From an uncultured Anaerolineales bacterium (GTDB lineage: Bacteria; Chloroflexota; Anaerolineae; Anaerolineales; UBA11858): a stretch of 64,000 nucleotides of DNA. The DNA is taken from contig CAZVIH010000064.1 in NCBI GenBank assembly GCA_964627755.1, positions 29,383 to 93,382 of the forward strand, given 5' to 3'. Position 1 is the first letter of the stretch. Each line of letters begins with the position of its first letter. The translations under genes and the position numbers were made by a program. The notes under the pieces are model-generated. The model worked only from the letters and a program-made list of their open reading frames with translations, did not search any database and was not told where the DNA came from. Of the stretch, positions 48,099-59,405 are shown piece after piece.

Positions 48099-48887
48099 TT
48101 ACCAGTCAAGGGTATGGTCCTGGCAGGGTGCTATATCTTTATCGATATACTTGTACATTGTAACGTTGGTGAAGGGTTTCCCCAGAATATTGTCATGCAC
48201 GGCCCAGGAACGTAAGCGGATCTTATTTGCCGCTTTGGGAGTTCGGAAGGGGGTGCTGTTATCAAGCAGCGGCAGGAGGTCGCCGGATTCTGAAAACCCT
48301 TCGTTGATCCGGGCCATGAATTTTTTGCCAGTTTGGTAATGGAAATGATATTTCTCAAAGATAATTGCAACATGATAAAAAAGCGGTTCAACAAAAAAAA
48401 GATCCTGGCCCATACAGGAAGCAAATTCTTCAAACTGCTGTAAAGATTCCTTGAACAAATGGGGACCACGATAGATCTGCCCTGGAGCTAATCCGGCTTC
48501 AAGTGCTTTCTGTTCGGCATCCAGGTTGCGCTGATTAGTGCCAAAGCTGGTTTTTGTGCCGTCAGGGAGCCGATCAACATTATAACGTGGGGTGAGGACG
48601 TCATTCATCCCGTAGAGTAAAATATGCAGCTGGCCGTGGATAGTATCCGTGATATGCCCGAATAATATCGGATCCTTTGCATCGGCTTGATGGTAGAGCG
48701 CAAGTTCGGTACTGGAAGAGCCGGGTGGACAATGTAATAAAAATAAATCCCGGCCTTGAGGGTCTATCAGCTCTTGATCGATCTGATATTGGGTTAAAAG
48801 ATCCGGAGGAATAATCTGGGCGTAAGTCTCCCTTTTTTGATCTGCTGGAAGCTGATTAAGACCGGCGATGGTTGAAGGAAAACTCAT
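48099..48887 (-). CDS. Conserved-looking hypothetical protein
   Basis: 262-aa ORF in operon context; AGLAPGQ, EPLFYH and RSWAVHD motifs; no family recognised. Confidence 0.7.
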   Translation of the reverse strand: MSFPSTIAGLNQLPADQKRETYAQIIPPDLLTQYQIDQELIDPQGRDLFLLHCPPGSSSTELALYHQADAKDPILFGHITDTIHGQLHILLYGMNDVLTPRYNVDRLPDGTKTSFGTNQRNLDAEQKALEAGLAPGQIYRGPHLFKESLQQFEEFASCMGQDLFFVEPLFYHVAIIFEKYHFHYQTGKKFMARINEGFSESGDLLPLLDNSTPFRTPKAANKIRLRSWAVHDNILGKPFTNVTMYKYIDKDIAPCQDHTLDW

Positions 48888-48921
48888 TATTTATTATCCA
48901 AAGTAATAAGGGAGGAATTTT

Positions 48922-49377
48922 TTACAATCCGAGTTGCCTGAGATCTCTTTGTTTATCACGTTCTGCATCGCGCTCCGCGATATCTTTCCTTTTGTCATGG
49001 AGCTTTTTTCCCTTGGCAACGGCAATTTCTATTTTAGCCTTCCCTTGGGATAAATAGACTCGGAGGGGAATGATGGTATGACCTTTGATGCGAACTATAT
49101 CCCACATATCAAGGATCTCTTTTTTATGAAGAAGCAGTTTCCTTCGACGATTTGGATTGTGGTTAAAAGCGCTTGCCTGTTCATAAGGGTGAATATAGGA
49201 ATCAACCAGCCAGGCTTCCTCGCCATCTACGTGAATATAAGCTTGATCGATACTGATCTGATGATTGCGTATAGACTTAATCTCGGAACCCTGCAGGACA
49301 AGACCCGCTTCGTAGGTATCCAGAATGTGGTAGTTAAAATATGCTTTTTTGTTCTTGCTGATAGTCTTGCCGCTCAT
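48922..49377 (-). CDS. smpB: SsrA-binding protein SmpB
   Basis: NKKAYFNY, EAGLVLQGSEIKSIR, RKLLLHKKE, KGKKLHDKR. Confidence 0.97.
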   Translation of the reverse strand: MSGKTISKNKKAYFNYHILDTYEAGLVLQGSEIKSIRNHQISIDQAYIHVDGEEAWLVDSYIHPYEQASAFNHNPNRRRKLLLHKKEILDMWDIVRIKGHTIIPLRVYLSQGKAKIEIAVAKGKKLHDKRKDIAERDAERDKQRDLRQLGL

Positions 49378-49415
49378 GGGCTCATTTTAACACAGATTGG
49401 TTTTAAGGCAGTTCC

Positions 49416-50483
49416 TCAATCGATGACGATCCGGGTGCCGTAACCTGTATTAAACCATTCGCAGTGTTTTTTATAGGGAGGGGCGTAGGCTGGGTTTACC
49501 CACCTGAAAACCCATTTTGCATCACTGTTTCTCATATTTACACAGCCATGGCTCATCGGCCTGCCAAAATTGTTATGCCAATACGTCCCATGGATCGCTA
49601 CACCGGTCTCATAGATGAAAAATGTCGTCCAGGGCACACCTGGCAAAGTATAACTGCCCGGCGCACCAGTAGCGATTGTTCCACCCATGTGTTTTGAGGG
49701 AAATTTCGAAGTCACATTAAATGTTCCCCTTGGTGTGGCTGTTGCGTTTGGATCTTTTAGATTGACTTCTTTATAACCCAGCCCTGAAGAAATTTCCGTT
49801 TTAAAAACTAATTTTTCGCCTTCAAATGCCGATAGGGTTTGATCTCTCAACGAGATCTGGATCTGTTTATCTTCGGGAGGGACATGGATGCTGGTTGGCA
49901 GATATTCATTATCGTGGACCAGACGTAAATGCTCCCGGCGCACGTAATAAACCAGTGTGTCAGAGAGTTGAGATGTAAGTTCGTACCAGAGTTCTCCGTT
50001 CGGTCCACTTTTTACACCGGTTATCCAGTGAGTGGTTTCGTAATATAGTCGGTACTTCTTTTTCCAACCCTGATATTCGCTGAAAGAATAGGCTTCCGTA
50101 TAAGGAACAGTGACCTCAGCCAGGTTGCCGCATTCGAAGATATCGTCAAGCGGTTGATTCAGGCGGTAGCGGGTATGCTGGACATAAACACCCGGCAGAT
50201 ATCCACCCCAGACGCGGTACCAATATGCCAGTGGGTGGTCACCGTCCTGAATTTCAAGTTCATAATAAAGGTGGAGAAGTTCATCGAAGCTGGTTTTACG
50301 GACAACGTCACTTTCATAGTCTGGTTCCTTGTAAATGTAAATGACCTTCTCATCGGCAGCGATCCTGCCAATAATGCCACGAGTCTTCCTGCTTCCAGGC
50401 AGAGAAGATCCTGGCGAAAATCCCGCGCCAAGCAAGCCTATTAGGGATAATTTGAGAAAGTCTTTTCGTGTGACGGATATCAA
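49416..50483 (-). CDS. L,D-transpeptidase (YkuD) family protein with Tat-like signal
   Basis: TRKDFLK N-terminus; HGTYWHNNFGRPMSHGCVN catalytic motif. Confidence 0.9.
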   Translation of the reverse strand: MISVTRKDFLKLSLIGLLGAGFSPGSSLPGSRKTRGIIGRIAADEKVIYIYKEPDYESDVVRKTSFDELLHLYYELEIQDGDHPLAYWYRVWGGYLPGVYVQHTRYRLNQPLDDIFECGNLAEVTVPYTEAYSFSEYQGWKKKYRLYYETTHWITGVKSGPNGELWYELTSQLSDTLVYYVRREHLRLVHDNEYLPTSIHVPPEDKQIQISLRDQTLSAFEGEKLVFKTEISSGLGYKEVNLKDPNATATPRGTFNVTSKFPSKHMGGTIATGAPGSYTLPGVPWTTFFIYETGVAIHGTYWHNNFGRPMSHGCVNMRNSDAKWVFRWVNPAYAPPYKKHCEWFNTGYGTRIVID

Positions 50484-50612
50484 TCAACACCTCCAAACCA
50501 GATTCTATCGAAGAGTAACCGGAAATACAAGCAAAGCAAATCATAATCTTGATGTTTCGTTAATCAAATTTATTCCCCGTTATAATTAAATTAAGACTGG
50601 GGAGGATCTGTT

Positions 50613-51524
50613 GTGTTTGTTCCCGCTTACCACAAATTGCTCCAAACAGGAGAGGATAAAAAACGATTTGCAGCCCTGGTAGATCGTTTATTCAAGTGTG
50701 ATATTTGCCCCCGGAATTGTGGGGTCAATCGAATGATTGGAGAAGTCGGTATATGTGGTGTAGCTGAGCGAGTGTGGATCAACAGTTATGGACCTCATCA
50801 TGGAGAAGAAGACCCTCTCCGGGGGAAGAATGGATCAGGAACAATTTTCTTTAGTGGGTGTAATCTTACTTGTCTTTATTGCCAAAACGCGGATATCAGT
50901 CAAAAGCTGACTGGGATGGAAATCACGAATAGAGAACTTGCGGATTTGATGCTGGAACTGCAGGGCAAGGGTTGTCATAATATTAACCTGGTATCGCCTA
51001 GTCATGTTGTACCTCAAATAGTAGGCGCTATCTTCCTGGCTGCGAAAGATGGGTTAAACCTACCTATTGTGTACAACACGGGAGGGTATGATTTTTTGCC
51101 TACACTCCAGCTTCTGGATGGGATCATTGATATCTATTTGCCAGATATGAAATATAATGCTGAAAATGTAGGACGGGAATTGTCTGGCATCCCCTTTTAT
51201 CCCGTGGTGAACCAGGCGGCTGTGATGGAAATGCACCGACAGGTGGGGGATTTGAAAATGGCACCAAACGGAATAGCGGAGAGGGGATTGCTGATACGGC
51301 ATCTTCTTCTTCCAAATGGTCTGGCTGGATCAGAGCAGATCCTTCGATTTATCGCCGAGCAGATTTCATTAGATACCTACCTTAACATCATGGACCAATA
51401 TCGCCCTGCCTACCAGGCCTATCGCAAAGATGGACTAAACCGGAAGATAACAAGAACAGAATACCTGAATGTTATCCATTTGGCAGATACGCTGGGATTG
51501 ACCCGTTTGGACAGCCGACCCTGA
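50613..51524 (+). CDS. PflX-like radical SAM protein
   Basis: CDICPRNC, GSGTIFFSGCNLTCLYCQN, YLPDMKY, NIMDQYRP. Confidence 0.9.
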   Translation: MFVPAYHKLLQTGEDKKRFAALVDRLFKCDICPRNCGVNRMIGEVGICGVAERVWINSYGPHHGEEDPLRGKNGSGTIFFSGCNLTCLYCQNADISQKLTGMEITNRELADLMLELQGKGCHNINLVSPSHVVPQIVGAIFLAAKDGLNLPIVYNTGGYDFLPTLQLLDGIIDIYLPDMKYNAENVGRELSGIPFYPVVNQAAVMEMHRQVGDLKMAPNGIAERGLLIRHLLLPNGLAGSEQILRFIAEQISLDTYLNIMDQYRPAYQAYRKDGLNRKITRTEYLNVIHLADTLGLTRLDSRP

Positions 51525-51647
51525 TTTTATGTCCCATAATAATTGCGACCAGATGTTATAATACGACCAGCCCGAAAAGCTAGAGATTATTATCTTTTTG
51601 GGAAATTCCACTGCACTTATAAATCCACTGGTTTTTGGAGGTTTCTC

Positions 51648-52397
51648 ATGTCAGGTCATTCAAAATGGTCGACCATCAAACATAAAAAAGCTGCGACAGA
51701 TGCGCGCCGAGGCGCTGCTTATACTAAGTTAGCGCGGGAAATCCAGATCGCTGCCCGGGAAGGCGGGGGAGATCCGGAAACTAATTTTGGGCTGCGACTG
51801 GCGATGGATCGAGCCAGAGCGGCCAACATGCCCAGTTCCAATATCGATCGGGCTGTCAAACGCGGCACTGGTGAGGATAAAGATGCTGCTCAGATGGAAA
51901 AGATTTACTATGAGGGTTATGCCCCGAATGGTGTTGCGGTAATTTTGAACTGCATCACGGATAACCGTAATCGAACTGTGGCTGATATCCGGCATGTGTT
52001 GACCAAACATGGTGGAACCATGGGGCAGGAAGGATCAGTTTCCTGGCAGTTCACCAGGAAATCATTTTTTAATATCCCTTGTGGCGATCTTAGCTTTGAT
52101 GAGTTATTTGAGATTGCTGCGGAAGGCGGCGCTGATGATGTGATTGAGGAAAATGATTATTTTGAGATCATTGGTCCGGTCGAAGTTTTTAAAACAATCT
52201 TTGATCAATTAAAAACTGCAAATATCAATCCGGACACTTCCGGACTGAGAATGGACCCAAATCAGGAAATCGAACTGGACCTGGAAAGTACCAAGAAGGT
52301 AATGAAAGTGATTGATTTGCTGGAAGAATTGGATGATGTCTTGGAAGTATATACCAATCTGAAGATAAGTGATGAAGCTCTGGAAGGGCTGGCATAA
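51648..52397 (+). CDS. YebC/PmpR family protein
   Basis: MSGHSKWSTIKHKK, YEGYAP, TDNRNRT; TGtTATAAT at 51554-51562. Confidence 0.95.
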   Translation: MSGHSKWSTIKHKKAATDARRGAAYTKLAREIQIAAREGGGDPETNFGLRLAMDRARAANMPSSNIDRAVKRGTGEDKDAAQMEKIYYEGYAPNGVAVILNCITDNRNRTVADIRHVLTKHGGTMGQEGSVSWQFTRKSFFNIPCGDLSFDELFEIAAEGGADDVIEENDYFEIIGPVEVFKTIFDQLKTANINPDTSGLRMDPNQEIELDLESTKKVMKVIDLLEELDDVLEVYTNLKISDEALEGLA

Positions 52398-52401
52398 CTT
52401 T

Positions 52402-52911
52402 ATGGCTGAATCGAGGGTAGTGATTGGGATCGATCCGGGTACTGCAATTACTGGATACGGACTGATCAGAGAGGCAAAAGATGGTGATCTGACGTGGCTG
52501 GCGCATGGAGTGATTACCACCGCAAGTGATTGGGATGAACCCCGCCGACTGCTCCACCTCTATCGAACCCTATTGAAGATCATAAATGAAACAAACCCGG
52601 ATTGCTGCGCCGTTGAGAAGTTATTCTTTCAGAAGAATGTCAAGACTGCATTGAACGTTGGGCAGGGCCGGGGAGCTGCGTTGATCGCAATAGCGGAAGC
52701 AGGTTTGCCAATTGGAGAATACACACCATTGGCCATAAAACAGGCTGTTGTAGGGTATGGAAAAGCAGATAAGAACCAGGTCCAGCAAATGGTGAAACTT
52801 CTGCTGGAATTAGAAGAAATTCCGAAGCCGGACGATGCTGCGGATGCTCTAGCGGTCGCAATCTGCCATTTACATTCAACACGCGGGTTAATGAGTATAA
52901 ACCATGATTAA
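52402..52911 (+). CDS. ruvC: Holliday junction resolvase RuvC
   Basis: GIDPG, VEKLFF, VGYGKADK, PDDAADALAVAICH. Confidence 0.96.
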   Translation: MAESRVVIGIDPGTAITGYGLIREAKDGDLTWLAHGVITTASDWDEPRRLLHLYRTLLKIINETNPDCCAVEKLFFQKNVKTALNVGQGRGAALIAIAEAGLPIGEYTPLAIKQAVVGYGKADKNQVQQMVKLLLELEEIPKPDDAADALAVAICHLHSTRGLMSINHD

Positions 52912-54169
52912 TCAAGACATTTTCCTTCGTTTTGGCGCATCACTTTTAATTGGTGTTTTGATCGGCATGCAGCGAGAATATGCTTATGATTCAAGTAAAG
53001 GTAGGGGATTATTCGCTGGCGCTCGAACCTTTGCGTTAATGAGCCTGGTAGGTTCAACGGCGGCATTTTTAGCGGATACCCTTAATTCGATTTGGGTATT
53101 CATCAGCATTGTTGGTCTGACGAGCTTGATGGTGATCGTTGCTTATTATATAACCGCCACTGAACGAGAAGAAATCGGCCTTACTTCGGAAGTTGCTGCC
53201 TTGCTCACGATCCTGATTGGAGCGATCTGTTATATCCATTCTATTGAGTTAGCTGCGGCCATGGGGGTCGTAACCACGGTTTTACTGGCTGTGAAAGGGG
53301 AGTTTCGTCAATTTGTCAGGGTTATCACCCAGGAGGATGTTTTTGCTACACTCCAGTTTGCGGTGATTACCGCGATCGTTTTGCCTGTTTTACCAAATAA
53401 AACCTTTGGTGTTCCTCCTTTTGATGTGCTGAATCCTTCCCAGATCTGGGAAATGGTTATTTTTATCTCCGGGATAAATTTCCTGGGTTATATCCTGGTC
53501 AAGGTGGTGGGCCCAAAGAAGGGCTTGGGTATCAGTGGTCTGTTGGGCGGGCTTGCATCGAGTACTGCGACCACCATGAGTTTTTCAGAGCGGAGTAAGT
53601 CGCAGACGGGAATGGAGAAACCGTTTGCCGTGGCAATAATTGTGGCCTGGATCATCATGTTTATCCGGGTCATCGTTGAAATTGCCGTGGTCAATAATCG
53701 GCTGCTATCTGGAGTATGGCCAGCATTAACAGCCATGGGACTGGCCGGATTGGTATATGCGGTTTATCTTTACTTCTCCCAATCCGCCATCGATGAAGAA
53801 GAATTGGCATTATCCAATCCATTTGAACTTGGAACGGCAATAAAGTTCGGTTTGATTTATGCTCTGGTCTTATTGGGCACAAAAGCGGCTGAGCTCTATA
53901 TAGGCGAAAAAGCGATCTATCTGACCAGTATTATTGCCGGATTGGCAGATGTCGATGCGATAACTTTATCCATCTCAGACCTGACCCGGAGTGGAGGAAG
54001 TATAACCCTGGATACCGGGAAATATGCCATAATATTCGCTACGATGTCAAATACTATTGCTAAAGGCGCTCTGGTTTTTTCGATCGGGTCCAAGGCACTA
54101 AGAAAATTCATTTGGCCAATTATGACTGTGATGGTGATTATCGGTATTGGAATTGGCTTTTTACTATGA
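52904..54169 (+). CDS. MgtC/SapB family membrane protein with DUF4010
   Basis: LIGMQRE, AGARTF, GLTSE, GGLASSTA, GLADVDA. Confidence 0.9.
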   Translation: MINQDIFLRFGASLLIGVLIGMQREYAYDSSKGRGLFAGARTFALMSLVGSTAAFLADTLNSIWVFISIVGLTSLMVIVAYYITATEREEIGLTSEVAALLTILIGAICYIHSIELAAAMGVVTTVLLAVKGEFRQFVRVITQEDVFATLQFAVITAIVLPVLPNKTFGVPPFDVLNPSQIWEMVIFISGINFLGYILVKVVGPKKGLGISGLLGGLASSTATTMSFSERSKSQTGMEKPFAVAIIVAWIIMFIRVIVEIAVVNNRLLSGVWPALTAMGLAGLVYAVYLYFSQSAIDEEELALSNPFELGTAIKFGLIYALVLLGTKAAELYIGEKAIYLTSIIAGLADVDAITLSISDLTRSGGSITLDTGKYAIIFATMSNTIAKGALVFSIGSKALRKFIWPIMTVMVIIGIGIGFLL

Positions 54170-54179
54170 GAGATGAGAT

Positions 54180-54755
54180 ATGATTGCAAGTCTGCATGGG
54201 CAAGTCATCCAGAAAGGGGAAGACAACCTGGTTGTTGAGGTAGGGGGAATTGGTTTCCTGGTTTATGTGACCGAGTTCCTGGTTCAAACCCAGCGCCGGG
54301 GAGAAACGGTATCACTTTTTACACATTTGGTTGTGAGAGAGGATTCACTCACATTATTTGGCTTTCAGGAGCAGGAAGAAGTCTCATTATTCCAGGAACT
54401 GATCAAAGTCAATGGAGTAGGGCCAAGATTGGCCCTGGAAACCCTCTCCACTCACACCCCCCATGTGATCAAACGTGCAGTCCTGAATAAACAGGATGAG
54501 ATCTTCGCCCAGGTCTCTGGCATTGGTAAAAAAACCGCCCAGAAAATATTGTTATATCTTGAAGATCGGGTAACCTTTACTGATGAAATGGTGATTTCCC
54601 CTGAAAGCGCTGGGATTAACGCAGAGGTCCAGGAAGCGTTGGTGACCCTGGGTTATTCTGTTCTCGAAGCCCAGGCTGCCCTTCAGACTTTACCTGATGA
54701 CGCCCCTCTGGATCTGGAAACAAGGCTCACTATTGCCCTGAGGTTCTTCAGTTGA
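54180..54755 (+). CDS. ruvA: Holliday junction branch migration protein RuvA
   Basis: VREDSLTLFGF, VNGVGPRLA, GIGKKTA, ALVTLGY. Confidence 0.95.
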   Translation: MIASLHGQVIQKGEDNLVVEVGGIGFLVYVTEFLVQTQRRGETVSLFTHLVVREDSLTLFGFQEQEEVSLFQELIKVNGVGPRLALETLSTHTPHVIKRAVLNKQDEIFAQVSGIGKKTAQKILLYLEDRVTFTDEMVISPESAGINAEVQEALVTLGYSVLEAQAALQTLPDDAPLDLETRLTIALRFFS

Positions 54756-54912
54756 GGGGGCTATTGCTGGACAATATGCCGACTATCAGTTATCATTTTT
54801 TCGATTGCATTAAATATTTTCTGAAATTAAAAATTTTTAAAGGATTGATCGGAAAAAGGACTGGACCGATGGTCATTTTTCGGTTTGCTTTATTAAACAC
54901 AGCGGAGGTATC

Positions 54913-56556
54913 GTGACGGAATCCATTAATCAAATTACAGCAGAGTTCAAGAAATTTATTGATGAATTTCAGCCTACGACTGGGGTACAGAGTGTTGGGT
55001 ATGTTCTCGATGCTGGAGATGGTATTGCCCATGTATCAGGTCTTGCCGATGTTAGAGCTCAGGAACTGGTCCAATTCAGTAACGGTGTTCTGGGAACTGC
55101 ATTCAACCTCGAAAAGGATAGTGTGGGTGTCATCATCATGGGGGAATTTGATGAGATCATTGAGGGAATGGAAGTGCGATCCACCAACCGTATTACCTCG
55201 GTTCCGGTAGGTGATGGTTTGATCGGACGGGTCGTGAACGCTATTGGAGAACCAATAGACGGGAAAGGACCCATTCGCAATGCTGGTTATCGACCTGTTG
55301 AATTCATTGCTCCAGGTGTGATCGAACGAACAGATGTGGATCAGCCACTTCAGACAGGGATTAAAGCAATTGACTCTATGATCCCTATTGGCAGAGGTCA
55401 GCGGGAATTGATCATTGGAGACAGACAGACCGGAAAGACAGCTATTGCCCTTGATACCATTATCAATCAGAAAGGCAAAGGAGTAATCTGTATCTATGTA
55501 GCCATCGGCCAGAAAAAAGCTGGTGTTGCCAGGACTGTTGCCATTCTGGAAGAACACGGTGCCATGGAGCATACGATTATTGTTTCTGCTTCGGCGGACG
55601 AACCCAGTGCTTTGCAGTATATTGCTCCGTACGCCGGCTGTGCAATGGGCGAAGAATTCATGGTTAATGGCAGGGATGCATTGATCGTTTACGATGATCT
55701 TTCCAAACATGCCTGGTCCTATCGTGAGATTTCCTTGCTTCTCAGACGTCCACCAGGACGTGAGGCTTATCCAGGAGATTTGTTTTACCTGCACTCCCGT
55801 TTACTGGAAAGGGCTGCCCGGATGGCTGATGACTTTGTGATTGTGCCGGAGGATTATAAAGAAACTCTGGCTGATCCGAAAGATGCTGTTAACGGAAAAA
55901 TCTATAGAGGTCCTGTGGCAAAAGATGATGCCAAACATGATCTGGAAGCCGGAGAAAAGGGGAAGATTGTTAAAGTCAAAGGAACAGGGGGTTCATTAAC
56001 AGCGCTGCCCATCATTGAAACTCTCTTGGGTGATGTATCTGCTTATGTGCCGACTAATGTTATTTCGATCACAGACGGTCAGATTTACCTTGAAAACGAC
56101 CTTTTCTATTCCGGAATTCGGCCCGCTATTAATGCCGGCATATCGGTCTCGCGCGTTGGCGGTGATGCCCAGATTAAGGCCATGAAACAAGTTGCTGGTC
56201 AGCTGCGTCTGGAAATGGCTGCTTTCCGCGAATTAGCGGCATTTGCACAATTTGGTTCTGATCTTGATAAAGCGACCCAGGCAAGACTGGATCGGGGCCG
56301 ACGTTTGCGCGAAATTCTCAAACAACCCCAGTTCTCTCCTGTGCCGATAGCCAATCAGATCGTGGTGATATATGCGGCTACCAAAGGTTATGCGGATGAG
56401 ATCCAAGTGGCAGATATGGCCAAATGGGAAAATGACCTGAATCGATACGTTGAAAGCAGCCATCCAGATCTGCTCTCCGCCATTTTGGAAGAAAAACAAC
56501 TTACTGATAAGGTAGAAGAGCAACTAAAGGCTGCCCTGGATGGGTTTTCATTCTAA
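54913..56556 (+). CDS. atpA: F1 ATP synthase alpha subunit, with internal insertion
   Basis: [38 protein letters not shown]. Confidence 0.97.
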   Translation: MTESINQITAEFKKFIDEFQPTTGVQSVGYVLDAGDGIAHVSGLADVRAQELVQFSNGVLGTAFNLEKDSVGVIIMGEFDEIIEGMEVRSTNRITSVPVGDGLIGRVVNAIGEPIDGKGPIRNAGYRPVEFIAPGVIERTDVDQPLQTGIKAIDSMIPIGRGQRELIIGDRQTGKTAIALDTIINQKGKGVICIYVAIGQKKAGVARTVAILEEHGAMEHTIIVSASADEPSALQYIAPYAGCAMGEEFMVNGRDALIVYDDLSKHAWSYREISLLLRRPPGREAYPGDLFYLHSRLLERAARMADDFVIVPEDYKETLADPKDAVNGKIYRGPVAKDDAKHDLEAGEKGKIVKVKGTGGSLTALPIIETLLGDVSAYVPTNVISITDGQIYLENDLFYSGIRPAINAGISVSRVGGDAQIKAMKQVAGQLRLEMAAFRELAAFAQFGSDLDKATQARLDRGRRLREILKQPQFSPVPIANQIVVIYAATKGYADEIQVADMAKWENDLNRYVESSHPDLLSAILEEKQLTDKVEEQLKAALDGFSF

Positions 56557-56595
56557 GTGAGTAAAACAGGCCAATTTTCTCCAGGATATTGATAT

Positions 56596-57480
56596 ATGGC
56601 AAATGCTAGAGAAGTAAAGCAGCGCATCAAAAGTGTCAAGAATATATCTCAGGTGACCCGGGCTCTGCAAGCTGTCAGCGCCAGTAAAGTGCGCAAGGCT
56701 ATCGACCAGCTTGAAGATACCCGCCCTTATTCAGTTAAAGCCTGGCAGGTGCTGCAGCATATTGCACAGCAGCCGGGCCGATCAACTCTGCACCCAATGC
56801 TGGCAAAACATGCTGAAGTCAAACGCATAATTGCCATTGTTATCAGTGGTGATCGGGGATTGGCAGGCGCATATAACTCCAATTTGATCAGGAAAGCTGA
56901 TGAGTGGGCTGAAACCATAGATATTCCGGTGAAATACATCACTGTCGGTAGGCGAGGTCGTGATCAGCTGCTACGGAGGGGGAAGGACATCCTGGCTGAG
57001 TTCAGCAATTTACCAGCCCAGCCATCTTACAACGATATTTCTCCAGTAGGTTATATTGCCGTTGATAAATATTTGGACGACGAAGTGGATGAGGTGTACC
57101 TGATCTATACCAAGTTCATTAACCGGATGAATCATCAGCCTGTAGTCAAGAAGATACTCCCACTGGATCCTTCTTCCGAGGATCGCGTGAAGGATTTTGA
57201 AATCAAAGAGGCGTTAGTTGGAGGATATATCTTCGAACCGAATCAAAGATCACTTCTGGACGAGATCCTTCCCCGCTTCACCGTGCTGCAAGTCTTTCAT
57301 GCAGTGATTGAATCCCTGGCAAGTGAACATTCTGCCCGAATGGTGGCAATGAAAAATGCCACTGATAACGCAACCGACCTGGCAGATGCCCTGCAATTGG
57401 AATACAACAAAGCCCGGCAGCAGGCTATTACAAATGAAATGCTCGATATTGCGGGTGGGTCAGAAGCAATATCTGATTAG
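56596..57480 (+). CDS. atpG: F1 ATP synthase gamma subunit
   Basis: RIKSVKN, DRGLAG, SEHSARMVAMKNATDNA, RQQAITNE. Confidence 0.97.
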   Translation: MANAREVKQRIKSVKNISQVTRALQAVSASKVRKAIDQLEDTRPYSVKAWQVLQHIAQQPGRSTLHPMLAKHAEVKRIIAIVISGDRGLAGAYNSNLIRKADEWAETIDIPVKYITVGRRGRDQLLRRGKDILAEFSNLPAQPSYNDISPVGYIAVDKYLDDEVDEVYLIYTKFINRMNHQPVVKKILPLDPSSEDRVKDFEIKEALVGGYIFEPNQRSLLDEILPRFTVLQVFHAVIESLASEHSARMVAMKNATDNATDLADALQLEYNKARQQAITNEMLDIAGGSEAISD

Positions 57481-57515
57481 TAGATAGTTTGGTATAAACC
57501 GAAAGATTTATTTGA

Positions 57516-58928
<1,413 letters not shown>

Positions 58929-58945
58929 GATCAGGAGCTTTTGTT

Positions 58946-59395
58946 ATGCCAATCCGGTGTGAAATAGTATCCCAGGACCGCCTGGTCTACGAAGGTGACG
59001 CTGACATAGTTGTGGTGCCTGGATCGCTAGGAGAGATGGGTATTCTTCCAGGACATGCCCCGGTATTATCCTCTCTGAAAATGGGCGTAATACGGGTTAA
59101 GACCGGCGAAATCGAAGAAGTGTTTACTGTAACTGGTGGTTTTATTGAGGTCCAGCCGGATATTGTGACTATTATGGCGGACGCGGCGGAGAATGTGGAA
59201 GATATTGACATTGACAGGGCTGAAAAGGCCATGGAACGCGCCAGTCAGCTGCTGGAAGAATACAGCACTACGGACTCAGAGAATTATATGCGGATCCAGG
59301 CAGCATTACGCCGTTCAAATTTGCGTTTGAAAGCCGCCGAGCAGCACCGCAAACGCGGACATCGCTCAAGACCCCCCGGAATGGGATCAGCATAA
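58946..59395 (+). CDS. atpC: F1 ATP synthase epsilon subunit
   Basis: GEMGILPGHAP, GGFIEV, IDIDRA. Confidence 0.95.
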   Translation: MPIRCEIVSQDRLVYEGDADIVVVPGSLGEMGILPGHAPVLSSLKMGVIRVKTGEIEEVFTVTGGFIEVQPDIVTIMADAAENVEDIDIDRAEKAMERASQLLEEYSTTDSENYMRIQAALRRSNLRLKAAEQHRKRGHRSRPPGMGSA

Positions 59396-59405
59396 CAGGA
59401 AACTT

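Noticed and set aside
48888-49415. tmRNA (ssrA) next to smpB
   Set aside because: The flanking gaps are under 40 nt and show no tRNA-like ends.
55036-55794. 252-aa antisense ORF inside atpA, and the 181-aa alternate-frame ORF 58333..58878 in atpD
   Set aside because: Shadow ORFs of highly conserved genes with no recognisable motifs. The other short overlapping ORFs in the track were dismissed for the same reason.
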